Origin: Elsinoe ampelina
Lineage: Eukaryota
Direction of reading: 5' to 3'
NCBI GenBank assembly: GCA_010093995.1
Contig: ML992510.1
Location: 951,845 to 1,015,844 of the forward strand
Length of the DNA: 64,000 bases
Part shown: in pieces, positions 22,963 through 35,089 of the stretch
Layout: the number at the start of each line of letters is the position of its first letter
How positions within the stretch are numbered: the first letter of the stretch is position 1
Program-made: the position numbers and the translations under genes
The notes under the pieces: generated by a model
Databases searched by the model: none
Told to the model about the DNA's origin: nothing
The model's input: the letters and a program-made list of their open reading frames with translations, nothing else

Positions 22963-25683
22963 CTACAACCTCAACCCCCTGCAAAGAAGCCACAACGCCA
23001 CCGGAACAACCACATTGTCGTTTGCCCCCGTGAGTACAGCCTCCATGAAGCTCGCCCCTGAGCCAGCAACCAACGCCTTGCAAAAGAATATCGCCGCTCC
23101 GATAGCCCCGCCCTGTCCATGATTCACATCTGTCCAGCCACCGAAATGAAGCCAAGTTTTACCCACCGAAAGCCCAATCGCCACCGCACCCGCAAACGCC
23201 GCTGAACCCTCCAAGCTCTTCCCGCCTATCCATGGCCATTTCCGTCTTCCGAATCTCCTTCCAATGAGCGACGCCGCAGCATCTCCCATCCCGACACATA
23301 CAACGCCACTGACCATGGCAGTCTCCCGCTTCTCTCCGACCAGTTCCCAGCCTGCCCATTGTCCATGACTGGTGCGTTCGAAAGCAGCCATACTCAACCA
23401 GAAAGGAATCGCACACCCGACCAGAAGGAAAACGTGGCTGACCACCATCGGACCTCTCAAATCTCTCCCGTCGACATAGGGCGCAACAAAACGACCGATC
23501 GCTGTACCAAGGGGCGGCACCTGTCCAGCTCGAATTACTTCGAGAATCATGAAGAGCGCGAGGACGATGGAGAGGGCCAAGGCGCAGAAGCATGGGTCGA
23601 CGTAGAGTGTGGGGAGGAACATGGCGACCATGATTGCGTGGAAGATTTTGCGGCGTGTATCGACTTCGATGGTCGGTGAGAGTATCAGAACTGCTGCGAG
23701 ACCGATTACGAGGACGAGACCATAGTAGGCGACGAGGACGAGACGGCCGTTCTCTGGGCCGAGGACGAGTCGAATCGCAGGTATGGATCGGCTCGAAGAT
23801 AAGGTCGAGGGGACTGTGGAGAGCGCTTCGCTAAAATTGGTCTTGCCCAAATACTCCACAATGTGAGCTGGGGTAGGTAATCCTGACAGAAAGTATGATA
23901 GAGCCCAGAGGATTGGTTCATTCCCAGACAAGGCATAGTGCGATATAGTAGAGCGGATTGGAAGAAGCACGATGACGAGGAGAGCGATGTAGGTGTAGAT
24001 GGCGTAGAACCGCTTGCGGAATGTTGCCTGGAAGGCAGAAAGTCCCAGAACCCAGTCAGTCTTACGGGGTCTGTATGCTCGCATTCGTGGTGGATCCCTA
24101 ACACTTGGATCAAAGGTGGCCAGAAGTGGGCTAGCTATGGTGGCGCGTCGCCTCATGCCCCCGACCTTCGAATCTCTTCGCTCGCGTGTCCATGGTTCAA
24201 GATTCTTTGTGGGCTTCTCATTCGAGGATAACGATTCCGATGGCTTGGTCTGGAAAGTGAATGAATTGATCAGGCTCGGGGCCCGCTTCTGCCGTGGCTT
24301 GACGAAACTTGTCGGTTCGTCGTCGGTGTCGCTCTCACGTGTATCTCTGGAGATGGATCGCCCGACGACCTTGGCCAGCGAAGATCTCGCTTCGGCAACA
24401 ATATCGCCCACAATGGAATTGTTTTGACTTGAGCGCCGGAAGTCTCGTAGTCTCCAGGTGGGTACACGTGCCAAAGCAACGTTCCATTTCAGAATGTGGG
24501 TGCAGAAAATGAGGGCTGGTACGCCACCAGCCCAGATTGCGGATCGTAATATGGCCACCTGCGGTGACTTTGCAAAGAAGAGGATGTCGACCAGTGCTGT
24601 GGATAGAAGCTGTTTCTCGGCTGGAAGAAGTGACGTAGTCGTCAGATAATGGATTGCTGGGATGAGTGCTTGATGCAGAGGAAACAGCAGTAGCTGGCTG
24701 TGGACCGGGATCGACTGTTCGATCTGTGGAGTTGCGATGCCGGAGAGATATAGAGGGAAACGCCTGGCCAGAAGATCCAGACCTCGTGATGTTACAATTG
24801 GAGCAATTGATGCCATCCAATGCAGTGTATTGATGTCGCTGAATTTTGCCCAATCGGGAAAGAGTCGAGGTGGTAGAGAAGCCAATCCAAGGATGGCGTT
24901 TGGCAGGAAAATCTCTGGGCAAGTCTGTACAAGAGACAGGGATACCAGTACAGGCAAGAATGTTGGGTATAAGATTGTTGCCGGATCGAAGGATGGTGGT
25001 ATCCTGAACCTCGACCAGATGTGGACATGCCCTCGATCTGCTTCCACCGATACTAGTCTGAGCGGGTAAATTGCCACCAGAGTAGCAATCGCAGATACTT
25101 GACTGACCACCAGCAACAAGTACCACTGCCACTGCAGCTGCCATATCCGGCTGCCATAGATGACAGCCAGGCCAATGGCACCCAGCAGAGCAGCCTCGCT
25201 CAATCGACGTATTCGTTCAGCCCGTCGTCTAATCTCAAATTTGCGACGCTCCTCTTTCAGCTTCTTCTCATCTTCCTCTTTCGACCTCCTACTTCTCCTT
25301 GCCTCGTCGATGTAGTCTTTCGATAATATTCGTCCCTGCAGGTCCAGCTGGGTTGGTGTGAGAAGTGGAGAAGTAGATCCATCGCTATGTTTCAGTCCCT
25401 TGTGTGATCTGACCGTCGCTGGAGGTAGAGCCTTGAGCAATTGTGGTCTCTCATCGTCGGCTTCTGTCCCGCTTTCACTGCCTTCATGGTCGGGGGCACT
25501 TGAACGTCGGCTCGAAACAGCGCTTTTTGGAGAATCGAGATCCAAATGGGGCGGACTGATGCGACCAGTTGAACTTGACCGAGTTTTGTGCCCTACTATT
25601 GAGTAGTCCTGAAAATTGTAAGGTCGCGGAGACCTATCCCGCAAGTTCGGAGGCTGATCATCTTTGGTGTCCCCGTCCGGCAT
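22963..25683 (-). CDS. SEC59: Dolichol kinase (cytidylyltransferase family)
   Basis: Multi-TM protein with VDTRRKIFH, YVDGRDLRGPMVVSHVFLLVGCAIP, VGMGDAAASLIG, KSLEGS and NDNVVVP. Confidence 0.93.
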   Translation of the reverse strand: MPDGDTKDDQPPNLRDRSPRPYNFQDYSIVGHKTRSSSTGRISPPHLDLDSPKSAVSSRRSSAPDHEGSESGTEADDERPQLLKALPPATVRSHKGLKHSDGSTSPLLTPTQLDLQGRILSKDYIDEARRSRRSKEEDEKKLKEERRKFEIRRRAERIRRLSEAALLGAIGLAVIYGSRIWQLQWQWYLLLVVSQVSAIATLVAIYPLRLVSVEADRGHVHIWSRFRIPPSFDPATILYPTFLPVLVSLSLVQTCPEIFLPNAILGLASLPPRLFPDWAKFSDINTLHWMASIAPIVTSRGLDLLARRFPLYLSGIATPQIEQSIPVHSQLLLFPLHQALIPAIHYLTTTSLLPAEKQLLSTALVDILFFAKSPQVAILRSAIWAGGVPALIFCTHILKWNVALARVPTWRLRDFRRSSQNNSIVGDIVAEARSSLAKVVGRSISRDTRESDTDDEPTSFVKPRQKRAPSLINSFTFQTKPSESLSSNEKPTKNLEPWTRERRDSKVGGMRRRATIASPLLATFDPSVRDPPRMRAYRPRKTDWVLGLSAFQATFRKRFYAIYTYIALLVIVLLPIRSTISHYALSGNEPILWALSYFLSGLPTPAHIVEYLGKTNFSEALSTVPSTLSSSRSIPAIRLVLGPENGRLVLVAYYGLVLVIGLAAVLILSPTIEVDTRRKIFHAIMVAMFLPTLYVDPCFCALALSIVLALFMILEVIRAGQVPPLGTAIGRFVAPYVDGRDLRGPMVVSHVFLLVGCAIPFWLSMAAFERTSHGQWAGWELVGEKRETAMVSGVVCVGMGDAAASLIGRRFGRRKWPWIGGKSLEGSAAFAGAVAIGLSVGKTWLHFGGWTDVNHGQGGAIGAAIFFCKALVAGSGASFMEAVLTGANDNVVVPVALWLLCRGLRL

Positions 25684-26525
25684 GTTTGGGAATCGTGGTA
25701 ATTTCAGAAAGCATCGAGGTTGAATATGCAGGTCGCATCGTCACCAAGGAAAGACGGCCGAGATGGTTTCGGGAGGCAGTAGTATTTTTTGGCATGGGCA
25801 ATGGTTGAGCTGCGCGTCATCCCCAAGAGCTGCACATCCGCCGCGCAAGCAATGACCAAGGCCGTCCGGAAGTGGTCTTGGCTTTTGCTGATCTGTTGAT
25901 GCTGCATGTGATGTTATCTTATCGAAGCATCTTCCGTCCGCAATCTCCGTGTGATGTGACGCTAAACCAAACATGGTCAGGTGATGGAGTGTGGCTCTCG
26001 ACTCATCATGTCCGCCCTCAAGCACCTCATCCGACCACAACACCTACTGGATAGCAACACCCTACACACGACGACTGACTGCTCGACTGCTCGCTGACTG
26101 CTGCCATCTTTTGATTCATCTCGAGAGATCGTGCAAATCGTCGGGGATCGTAGCTAATATACCTCAGCAGACGAGTTGGTCCATCGAGACCGAGACAGAT
26201 CAAGCCGAATGACCCTCAAGACAACGTGACTTACTCAGCACCACAACGCTCGAGGTCAGTGACGTACAGCAACTTTTGACACTTGTACGCCTCTGAAGAC
26301 ATATCAAAATCTTTCTACACGTTCATGTACCTGGTTTTACATCTCCGCGACTTGACCCCAGATCGCCAGCTCCGATAACAGTCTCCACTATCAAGAGCGA
26401 CACGACACCTTCCAAACAAGGCACAGACACGTTACAGAGCAACCTACAACACTTCGATATACCCCTCATGCAGCCAGATTAATTAGGTACCACCACATTT
26501 ATCATCACCTAAGCTCGCTACCGCC

Positions 26526-29500
26526 ATGGCGCATCGGACTTCCTCGCGGAGGTCTGGCGGCGACGCAGAACCCGACATTCAGATAGGCGAGTTTGTCAGG
26601 GGCAAAGAGATCGGGAAAGGCAGCTTTGCTACTGTATACATTGCTTCGCACAAGGTTAGTGGATCACTTTGTGGTCGAGGATAATACTGACCGCTTAATA
26701 CAGTCAAAGCGATCATACGCCGCAGTCAAAGCCGTCATTCAGAACAAGTTGACTCGAAAGTTGAAAGACAATCTAGACTCGGAGATCCGTATTCTCAAGA
26801 GCTTGCAACATCCTCACATCGTCGCCTTGTTCTCATGCACAGAGACACCTTCTCACATCTACCTGGTTATGGAGTACTGTCAGCTTTCGGACCTGGCGCA
26901 GTTCATGAAGAAGAGGGAACAGCTGACACTTCTACCTGAGACGGCCGACATCTTCAAGAAGTACCCCAACTCACAGTACGGTCTCAATGAGGTCTTGGTC
27001 AGGCATTTTGTCAAGCAGATTGCAAGTGCTCTGGAATACCTTCGAGTACGCAATCTCATTCATCGCGACATAAAACCACAGAACTTATTGCTCAATCCCT
27101 CACCTGCATACATGGCCAGACAGAAGCCAGAGGACGTCCCCCTGGCGGCAAGCGAGCATTCTCTCGTACCAGCTGTTGGAGTTGAGACACTTCCCATGCT
27201 CAAGATCGCCGATTTCGGATTTGCTCGACATCTGCCCCAGACGATGATGGCCGAGACTCTTTGCGGATCGCCCCTATACATGGCTCCCGAGATATTGTCT
27301 TACCACAAGTACGACGCCAAGGCTGATCTATGGTCGGTGGGGACTGTCACATACGAGATGATGTGCGGAAAGCCACCTTTCAGGGCCGCCAACCACATTG
27401 AGTTACTCAAGAAGATCGATGACGCCAAAGATCGAATTCCATTCCCATCTGGCATCAACATCAGTTCCGACCTGCACCGTCTAATTCGACATCTTCTCAA
27501 GCGCCAGCCTACCGAACGAATCAGTTTTGAAGGATTCTTCAAGTCGACACCGATCACAAATCCCATTCCGGGTCTTGTGGGAGAGGATATTCCTAGGACA
27601 CCAAATGTTCCCATACCAGATCCTGGCGTATCCGAGCTCAGCAAGCGAATGCAGAGACAAGTCATCGATGATCCCATGCAGTCTGCCCTGCAACCATCAC
27701 CAGCCCCGTCTCCAGTTATTCCACAAAGGGTCACCTCCCCGGAAGAGATATCACCACTCACTCGGGTCCCTTTGGAGGACCCCAACCGAAGACCCTCTTT
27801 GTCATCGAGAGGTGCTACGGTTGGGGGTAGCAGACCTATGGATATACAACGGCCGAACAGGCATGAAGAGCGTCCGTCTCTGGTAGCACATGCCACTGCG
27901 CCTGCGCGAGATCTTCTCATGGGCCAGCAGTATTCGGCCAGGGATCCGACCGGTATTCGTCGACAAAGCAGCAGATCAAGACCAGCTCCAAGCACGTCGG
28001 CACCAAGGGAACCTGCACCCGTCGCTACGAGGAAGCCAAGCGGGCGATCTGTTGCGGACCCGCAAGATGCTGAAAAGACTGCACAGGATCTGGCATTCGA
28101 AAAGGAGTACGTGCTTGTCGAGAAACGTGCTGTCGAGGTCAACGCGTTCGCAGATGAGCTTGCAGCAAGTCCACATCTCTACAATCGTGGTCAAATCGGC
28201 CAGCTTGCGCGACGATCAACGTCCCAAGGAGTTCCAACTTCGACGACTGGAGCACAATCAATTAGTCCGTCGAACGCAATGCAACTCGCTCATGGAAGAC
28301 GGAGCGACACAGGTCATCATAGACAAGCATCATTTGAGCGACGCTTCGCGCCAAACCCTTCATCAGCCACGAACATGCTCTCAAAGGCGCTTAACATGGC
28401 TAATGCAAGATTGTTTGGTGCAGTTGGTGCGTCGCCGCCCGTCGCAGGAATGTCACCTCCGCGAGGTTACACTGCATTCCCATCATACCCCACACCGTCC
28501 ATCGGGCTCGCCATTACGACGGGGAGAGATGATGCGCGTGGCGGACAAGACGAGGACAGTCGCATCCTTCGCATCGTCGAAGACGCTGCAACAAGATCCG
28601 ATACTGTTTACTCCTTTGCCGAGGTCAAGTATCGGCAGCTTCTGCCTGCAACGCCATCTGCCGACCAAGGCCCATCGATACGCCAGCTCAGCGCTCTCGA
28701 GAAGAATCCTGCCCTTGCTTCATCTGGTGCAGCCTCAGAAGAGGATCAAGAACTCACCCAAATGGCTGTCGTCACTGTCAGTGAGGAAGCATTGGTGCTA
28801 TTCGTCAAAGCGTTATCCATCCTGGCCAAGTCCATCGACCTTGCATCATTCTGGTGGGCGCAACATCGCATTCGACCATCTCCTCCATCACGCTTCTCAT
28901 CATCTGAGAATGATTCACCTCTCTCCAATGCCACCCGCAACCCCGACGCGTCTCGTAGGATGAATAACGTCGTTCAGTGGATGCGCAACCGCTTCAACGA
29001 GTGCCTGGAGAAGTCCGAGATCGTCGGCCGCCGCCTTGTGGAAGCCCAGCGCCATCTCCCTATCGACCACCCAGGCCACCCCTCCAATCATCCCAACCTC
29101 CAAGGCTCTGGCTCTGCCTCCTCGACACGACCAAACAAGCTCGGCTCCAGCGGCAGCTCAGCTGGTAGTCTCGGCGCTGCAGCCGAAAACATCCAGCTCA
29201 CCTCTGGCGTCACCGCTGAAAAGCTAATGTTCGAGCGCGCCGTCGAAATGAGCCGCGCCGCAGCCGTCAACGAGCTCGTCAACGAAGACCTCCGTGGCTG
29301 CGAGATCAGTTACCGCACTGCCGCCATCCTCCTCGAAGCCGTGCTCGAAGCTGACGACGAGCCCTTGCTATCGAAAGGCGAGCGAGATAGGCGAGAGAAG
29401 GAGACACAAGAAGATGTCGTCGAAGGCTTAGACGGGGAGGAGAGACGGGCTGTTGTGCAGTGTACGTTCCGTTCCCCAGATTCCCCTTGCCATAACTGAC

Positions 29501-29708
29501 AGAAGTAGTACTCGAAGGCACACGTCACCGCCTGAGGAGTTTGATCCGCAAGATCACGGCACAGACTCAGGCTGAAAGGGAAGCGAGACGACATTCCAGC
29601 ACTGGTACCGTGCCCACTGTCGGTAGTGTGGGTTCTGCTGGGATTACGACGACAGCGAAGTTGAAGAGTGGTAGTCCGGTTTTGGCTGTGGGGACGCCGC
29701 CGAGGTAG
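26526..29708 (+). CDS. ATG1: Autophagy serine/threonine kinase Atg1; introns 26655-26703, 29462-29508
   Basis: Exon 1 encodes IGKGSFATVY. NLDSEIRILK, KIADFGFARHLP..MAETLCGSPLYMAPE, EKEYVLVEKRAVEVNAFADE and the C-terminal MIT region follow. The protein ends TPPR. Confidence 0.97.
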
Positions 29709-30766
29709 AGACTGTGGCGGAGGACGTGGGGTTGACGATCATCTGGAGATGGAGGGGAGGATGACGGAGGGTGATAGGGAAGGGAGATGGGTGAGGTATG
29801 GAAGGAGTGGCGGACGTGGGTGACTGCATAACGAGCAATGTGACATGTGGACATTATGAGGCGTTTTTGACTTTGGGGTGGGGCATGAGGATGGTTGGCA
29901 TCGCATGAGATATACCAGGCGTCTTACCAGGGGCATCAGGATGGATCGGCATCCGAGCACAGTGCCGCTCGCGGATCATGTCATGGCTGGTCGGCATAGG
30001 GGCAGCCAGGATCGATGGCAGTGTTGACGTAGTTCTGGTAGTTGAATTGAACGATGATTGAAGTCAAACATGACGAGACTACCACTGTTTCCGAAAGTCG
30101 TGCCTCCTGCGTCACCCCGATGCATGCTCCATGGACAGGTCATGCGAGCCATTGCTTCGCCATGGCCAAAGCCCAAACACTATATGACGATTGCCTGCCA
30201 TGTGATATCCATCACCGTCCACCATTCTTCGAAAGCCCTTGCGGAGACGATCTTTGCAGAAGACCTCACTTGTACAGGATGCAGAGACGGCACGCCCGAA
30301 GTGGCGTATGGCAAGGTGATACACTACTAGAATCACGTGCAGCCTAGATCCCGGATGTGTGATCCAAGCGAGAGGGTTTGAATAGGGAAGGAATTTAGCG
30401 AGGCACACTGGTAGCTGTCATGCTGTCAGACTAGCTTCGGTGTGGACTAATCTCGACCGGCCAACGGCAGCATGGTCTCTGGTTCCCATGGAATAGGCTT
30501 TGGCCTCTCCGTAATGCCCTCTATGAGCCGGACTCCTCCCCAGTGGACACGTACCTGGCAGAAACCGACATGTCAAGGAGGTTACAACGCGACCAGGCCG
30601 GCGAGTTGATGGGTCTGCTGACAGGCAACGTGATCCGGGACTTCTGGATAGTCCTTCGTAGGAACTAGCTCTCGAGCAGTCCGCCTCGAACGACAAGTGG
30701 CCGTCTGCTTTGCGGTCGTCGATCGAAAGATGATGCCAATGCGTAGCAATCTCCAATTCTCACTCG

Positions 30767-32856
30767 CTAATGGACGTCACTAGCTTGTGAGGGGACATCG
30801 TCGAGGATGGTCGGTTCTGATGGTTCTGATCTCGCTTTCCGACCCCAACGACGGCGCTCTGCTGCAGGATGCTGCAGCAACGTGAGGGGTGCATCTTTGC
30901 GTCGATGACCCAGTACCCCATTATTGAGAAGCTCTTGATATACCGAAACTTCAATGATTCGTTTCTTCAGGAGAGTCATGAGCAGTCTCTTGTCGAATGG
31001 AACCTCGGCCAGCTTGCCGTGACCTTTATGCTTCCACCATAGATGTTTAAGATAGTTATCCCAAGAGTCTGAGGTCTGGCAATGCACACATGTCATAATT
31101 GTCGGGGGTGACGCACGCTTGAGGTGGTTCTGACAGTGATCTTCCCATGCGTTGCGATCTGTGAAATGCATCGAGCAGTCAAGAAAGTAGAAAGGGCATT
31201 GCATATGCAATACCTGGTCTCCAACAGGTCTGGCTGGCGCATCAAATGTTTGCCGTGCAATCTCAGACTTCATTTCGTCAGTTCCATTCGTATCGGTATC
31301 GATGATGGACGCAGCATCTTCGTCGAGCAAAGGGACGGACTCGCACTTGGTGGTGTCTGTCGAGTTGGGTTCGAGATCACCAAACAGCCGATCAGCCCAC
31401 GCCATTGGTAGACGCGCTTGAGGAGAAAGAACAGGAGACCCCTGCGGACTGGGTGGGACATCATCCAGGGGAAAATTCGGCCTTTCGAGAGCACGATATT
31501 GTGTCGCTCGCCAATGTGTCATATCGAGAACCGCCCTCCAATGGCTGTTCCCTGTCTTCGCGAGTAGCTCGCTTACGACGCCGGCTAGCTGCCCGTTTGA
31601 CTGAAAGTACCCGGAGGTCGAGAGCTTGTAATACTGAAGAATAGCTCGCCAGCAGTAAACGTAGGCTTCTTGCTTAAAGAGCGACTGACAAAACAAGCTC
31701 AAAGCACTGATGAAGTGTCTGCCCCCGATTCCCTCAATGTCTGCCAATCGAAGGCCGTATGCCTTTCTTGCAGCAACGCTTTGGGTGAGACTCGCGCCTG
31801 ATTCAAAGAACCATAAATCAGCACAAATCGATGCGTATTTGATACTGTAGGGGACAGTCGGCGACATCATGTTCCAGCGCAAATTCTGTCGAATCCGTCG
31901 AAGTAAGTCGATACATAGGTGGGTTGCCCGTGATATGTGCTCCTGATCTTCTACATCTAGGCGTTGATCGAAGCCCTTCCCAAGGCGGTCGGCATGCCAT
32001 ATGATTTCGCGCCATAGCGCGTCAACAAGATCCAGCCACCTTACAAGATCAACATCCTCATCCACTGTATCTAGCCGATGTAAGTCCCACCATAAGTCGG
32101 CCAGAGTGTCCGCAACAGTGAAAATATCCTTGCTATCAACACAACCTAGTAGCTGAAAAGGAAGAAGTATCATAGCATCGGCAAGACTGCACCAGGCAAA
32201 GCGCTGGTAAGGATCAATAATGGGTGAATCGTTCAAGGCGTGAAGTTCATGGAAGAGTGTCTGCTGTCGCAAGTCGTTCATCCTTCTATCCCAGAGGGTG
32301 GTCTGCAGGCACAATTTCACGTGATCTAGCTAGGACAATCAGCATCGGTGAGACAGTCTTGAGGATCAGTACAAACATCAATGTCGGAGATCTCTAAGTG
32401 GATATCTGACGCTCCCTTCGACCACAGCAATTGACATCGGCCATTGGGCAAGACTTTGCGCGCAATTCTCAATGCTGGCAGCCACTCCAGTGGATCATAT
32501 TGATCTGATGTGGAAGTACTGCCGCGACCAATAGCACTGTAATGCCGGAGAAGTCCCCGCTCTTTGTCCGTGTACTTCTCTCCATATTCAGCGAGGTGGT
32601 CTTCCATGCGTGTACTGAGACTGGAATGTCGCCCCTGCTCGAGCAGGAATTTGGCATACTCAGCGATGATTGGAAATAAGGAAATGTGATCTTGCAACAC
32701 CTCTGCGAAGTACACGTCCGCTTCGGACCAGAAACCGTATTTGTAAAGTCGAACGAACTCAACAAGCTCGGACGGAATATCTTCGATTACAGGCAGCTGA
32801 ACAGTCACCATCTCGCTCTTGGAGATCGATTTGCTCCCTCGTTCTGAAGACGTCAT
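30767..32856 (-). CDS. Uncharacterised helical protein with two C-terminal C2H2-like zinc fingers; intron 32376-32330
   Basis: A GTTTGT...CTGAT...TAG intron joins the 176-aa and 517-aa ORFs in frame. C-terminal CPFYFLDC..F..W..HC..H and CVHC...HLWWKH. Confidence 0.7.
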
Positions 32857-33188
32857 TATTGGCGCATCCTGGACCTCTAGAAAATGAGGTGCAAGACTTC
32901 CAATTTATAACGAAGCTGACAGAATTCCCTGGTGGATCGTTGCGGGCGGAGCGAGTATGTTCGATGATGGAAGTAGAAGCGGCGAAGACGAGGATGAGTT
33001 CTCGATCAGGTGATGCGCTGGCGTTCTTTAGCTGCATGGCAATGCGGCGAATCAGACGGCGTCTAAGCAGATGTGCGATCGTACAAGCATTGCCCCGGCC
33101 CTCGCTGTTATTGAAGAGCATTGCAACCCGCAAATCTTGCCTTCGCGGTGCACTCACACCCTCCCATGCCTGATCCGAGACATTCGCC

Positions 33189-34157
33189 ATGTCAGAAACA
33201 GCGGTAGTGTGCGACCACGCTCCAGCCGCAGACCGCCCAACCTCGCAGAAGCCCGCACCACAGACGAAGACCGCTAGTCCCAACTTCGGCAGCTTCCAAA
33301 GCTACACCTCGAGTCTCCACGCCGCTGCGGCCAGGAATGCCAGTCGAGCAGAGCTCTCTTCAGATCGAGATGCGTGCCTTGGTCAAGGGAAAATTGGGAA
33401 GGTCGACGTGATAGTGACACTAGACAAACTAACCAGATGGGGCCACAAACCTTGTGTTCGGGCGCAGTCGAAGCCGACAGCATGTGGACTCCTCGTCCTT
33501 CGCATCTCGTTTGACGAGGATCACAACTATCACCTCCAAAGCGCGAGTGGCAGCTTGGATTTCCCGGCAGGATCTCATCTAGATCACCTGTGCCCACTTG
33601 GACTTCAGGGCCGACGGCAGGAGAAAAGAGTTGGCAAAGAGAAACAATTTATGCCCGAGTTTGAAGGCGGAGGAATGGTGTCCGCAGGAGGAATGGGTGT
33701 CCGAAAAACAGCAGAGATGTCAGAATATGAGAATTGGGTCTTCATAGCAGATCGGAAGCCCATTGAGACCGATTTCCGCCGATTGTGGTGGAGACTGGAA
33801 GATCAGGAAACTTCACGTAGCGGCGTTTTCAACCGTCCTGTGCACCTGCTAGCTAGTGTCTTGTTCGACAACCAAGATCAGTTGCAACCTTTCGATATCA
33901 AGCTTCATGTCGATGGTCGTCTGCGGTCCCGACACCACAGGCTGCGCAGGAAGATGTTCCGACTTGGATCAGCCAGCAATGCCACCACTACCAGGATCGC
34001 ACCCCTGTTCCAGGACCCTCGCATTCTGCTGGAACCCTTCCATGTTCACCTGAACGAGCTTGAAGCCCACGTCAGAGAACGGAATAGAACTCTTCCCGAG
34101 GTCATTGAGGACACTTCCACTCCCATCGTTCTAGGTTCATCAACGACTTCGCCGTAA
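33189..34157 (+). CDS. Uncharacterised beta-rich fungal protein
   Basis: 322-aa intronless ORF with natural composition and alternating hydrophobic strands (GLLVLRISF, FDIKLHVDGRL). Confidence 0.7.
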   Translation: MSETAVVCDHAPAADRPTSQKPAPQTKTASPNFGSFQSYTSSLHAAAARNASRAELSSDRDACLGQGKIGKVDVIVTLDKLTRWGHKPCVRAQSKPTACGLLVLRISFDEDHNYHLQSASGSLDFPAGSHLDHLCPLGLQGRRQEKRVGKEKQFMPEFEGGGMVSAGGMGVRKTAEMSEYENWVFIADRKPIETDFRRLWWRLEDQETSRSGVFNRPVHLLASVLFDNQDQLQPFDIKLHVDGRLRSRHHRLRRKMFRLGSASNATTTRIAPLFQDPRILLEPFHVHLNELEAHVRERNRTLPEVIEDTSTPIVLGSSTTSP

Positions 34158-34187
34158 ACATTCCCTGTGGACGTTGCGGCTCTGATC

Positions 34188-34929
34188 ATGCCAAATCTAG
34201 ACGAGATAGAATACTTTGAGGAGGTCACAATCGGAGCAGTTCGAGGAGACTACTATCACTTCATTCCGACATGTATCTCGATCCTTCCTGAACCCTTGAG
34301 CCTGCAGAAACATGATACTACCGGACAGCTTCGGAAAATCAGCGCCAGTCCTGTCGCCGTTACGTCAACTACCAGCCAGGGGCTGAAGGAGCTGCCCATT
34401 ATGACCTTTCGATTGGCACAGATCATTGTCCGACAACCTCACAGCATATGAACTATCCACAGAGGATTCATCAGACACAACGTGCTTTCCTACTGTATTG
34501 GCCTAGCTGTGATTGGTCCATGTATTACCATCTTCGTTCTCGATCTCGAGCATGGCATAATATACTGGATCCATCATTACACCGAATCAACAGACAACCA
34601 TTCCCCAGAGCAATCTTGGACAACGCCGAGATTAATGCACCCGACGACGAAGTCGAGTGGCGCAACTCATCCCCTGCATGGTCTGTCCGAGATCTCTTCG
34701 AGGCTCTTGGAGACCAGTTCAGGAACCTCAAGTACGTGCCGGTCAAGTCTGATCTGGTACACCGAGCTGGATATTGGACCTGTACCTAATCTTCAAGGCA
34801 ATGCTAGTAGCGGCACGAAAGGTCCATAACGAGCATGGGTGACCGGACAATTCGAGGTACAGGGAAGATGAGTGTCTGGCCGCCTTATACAGCATGCTAC
34901 GACAGAAGTACCCATGCTATATCTACTGA
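34188..34929 (+). pseudogene. Fragmented relic of an uncharacterised fungal gene family
   Basis: Protein-like blocks lie in different frames: GAVRGDYYHF, MYLDPS*, IFVLDLEHGIIYW, EWRNSSPAWSVRDLFEALGDQFRNLKYVP and NEHG*PDNSRYREDECLAAL (TGA at 34840-34842 where HGWP is expected). Confidence 0.7.
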
Positions 34930-35089
34930 TCAGCGGACGCTAGTGGTAGTACTGCAGCCTCAAAATTATACGGGACAGTTGCCCATCACATCTTCGGCAA
35001 GGATTACATTTCCCATCAACTGGGCGGCATTTTGGTGAAGTACAAATCTCTCACCGCTGGATTTCTCAAATCATCTCGCTTTTCGGCGT

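Noticed and set aside
6861..29708. Proteostasis gene cluster (CCT2, IRE1, MDM20, SEC59, ATG1)
   Set aside because: Housekeeping genes interspersed with unrelated ones; no shared regulatory motif seen.
29850..30760. Short ORFs downstream of ATG1
   Set aside because: No recognisable motif or coherent splice model.
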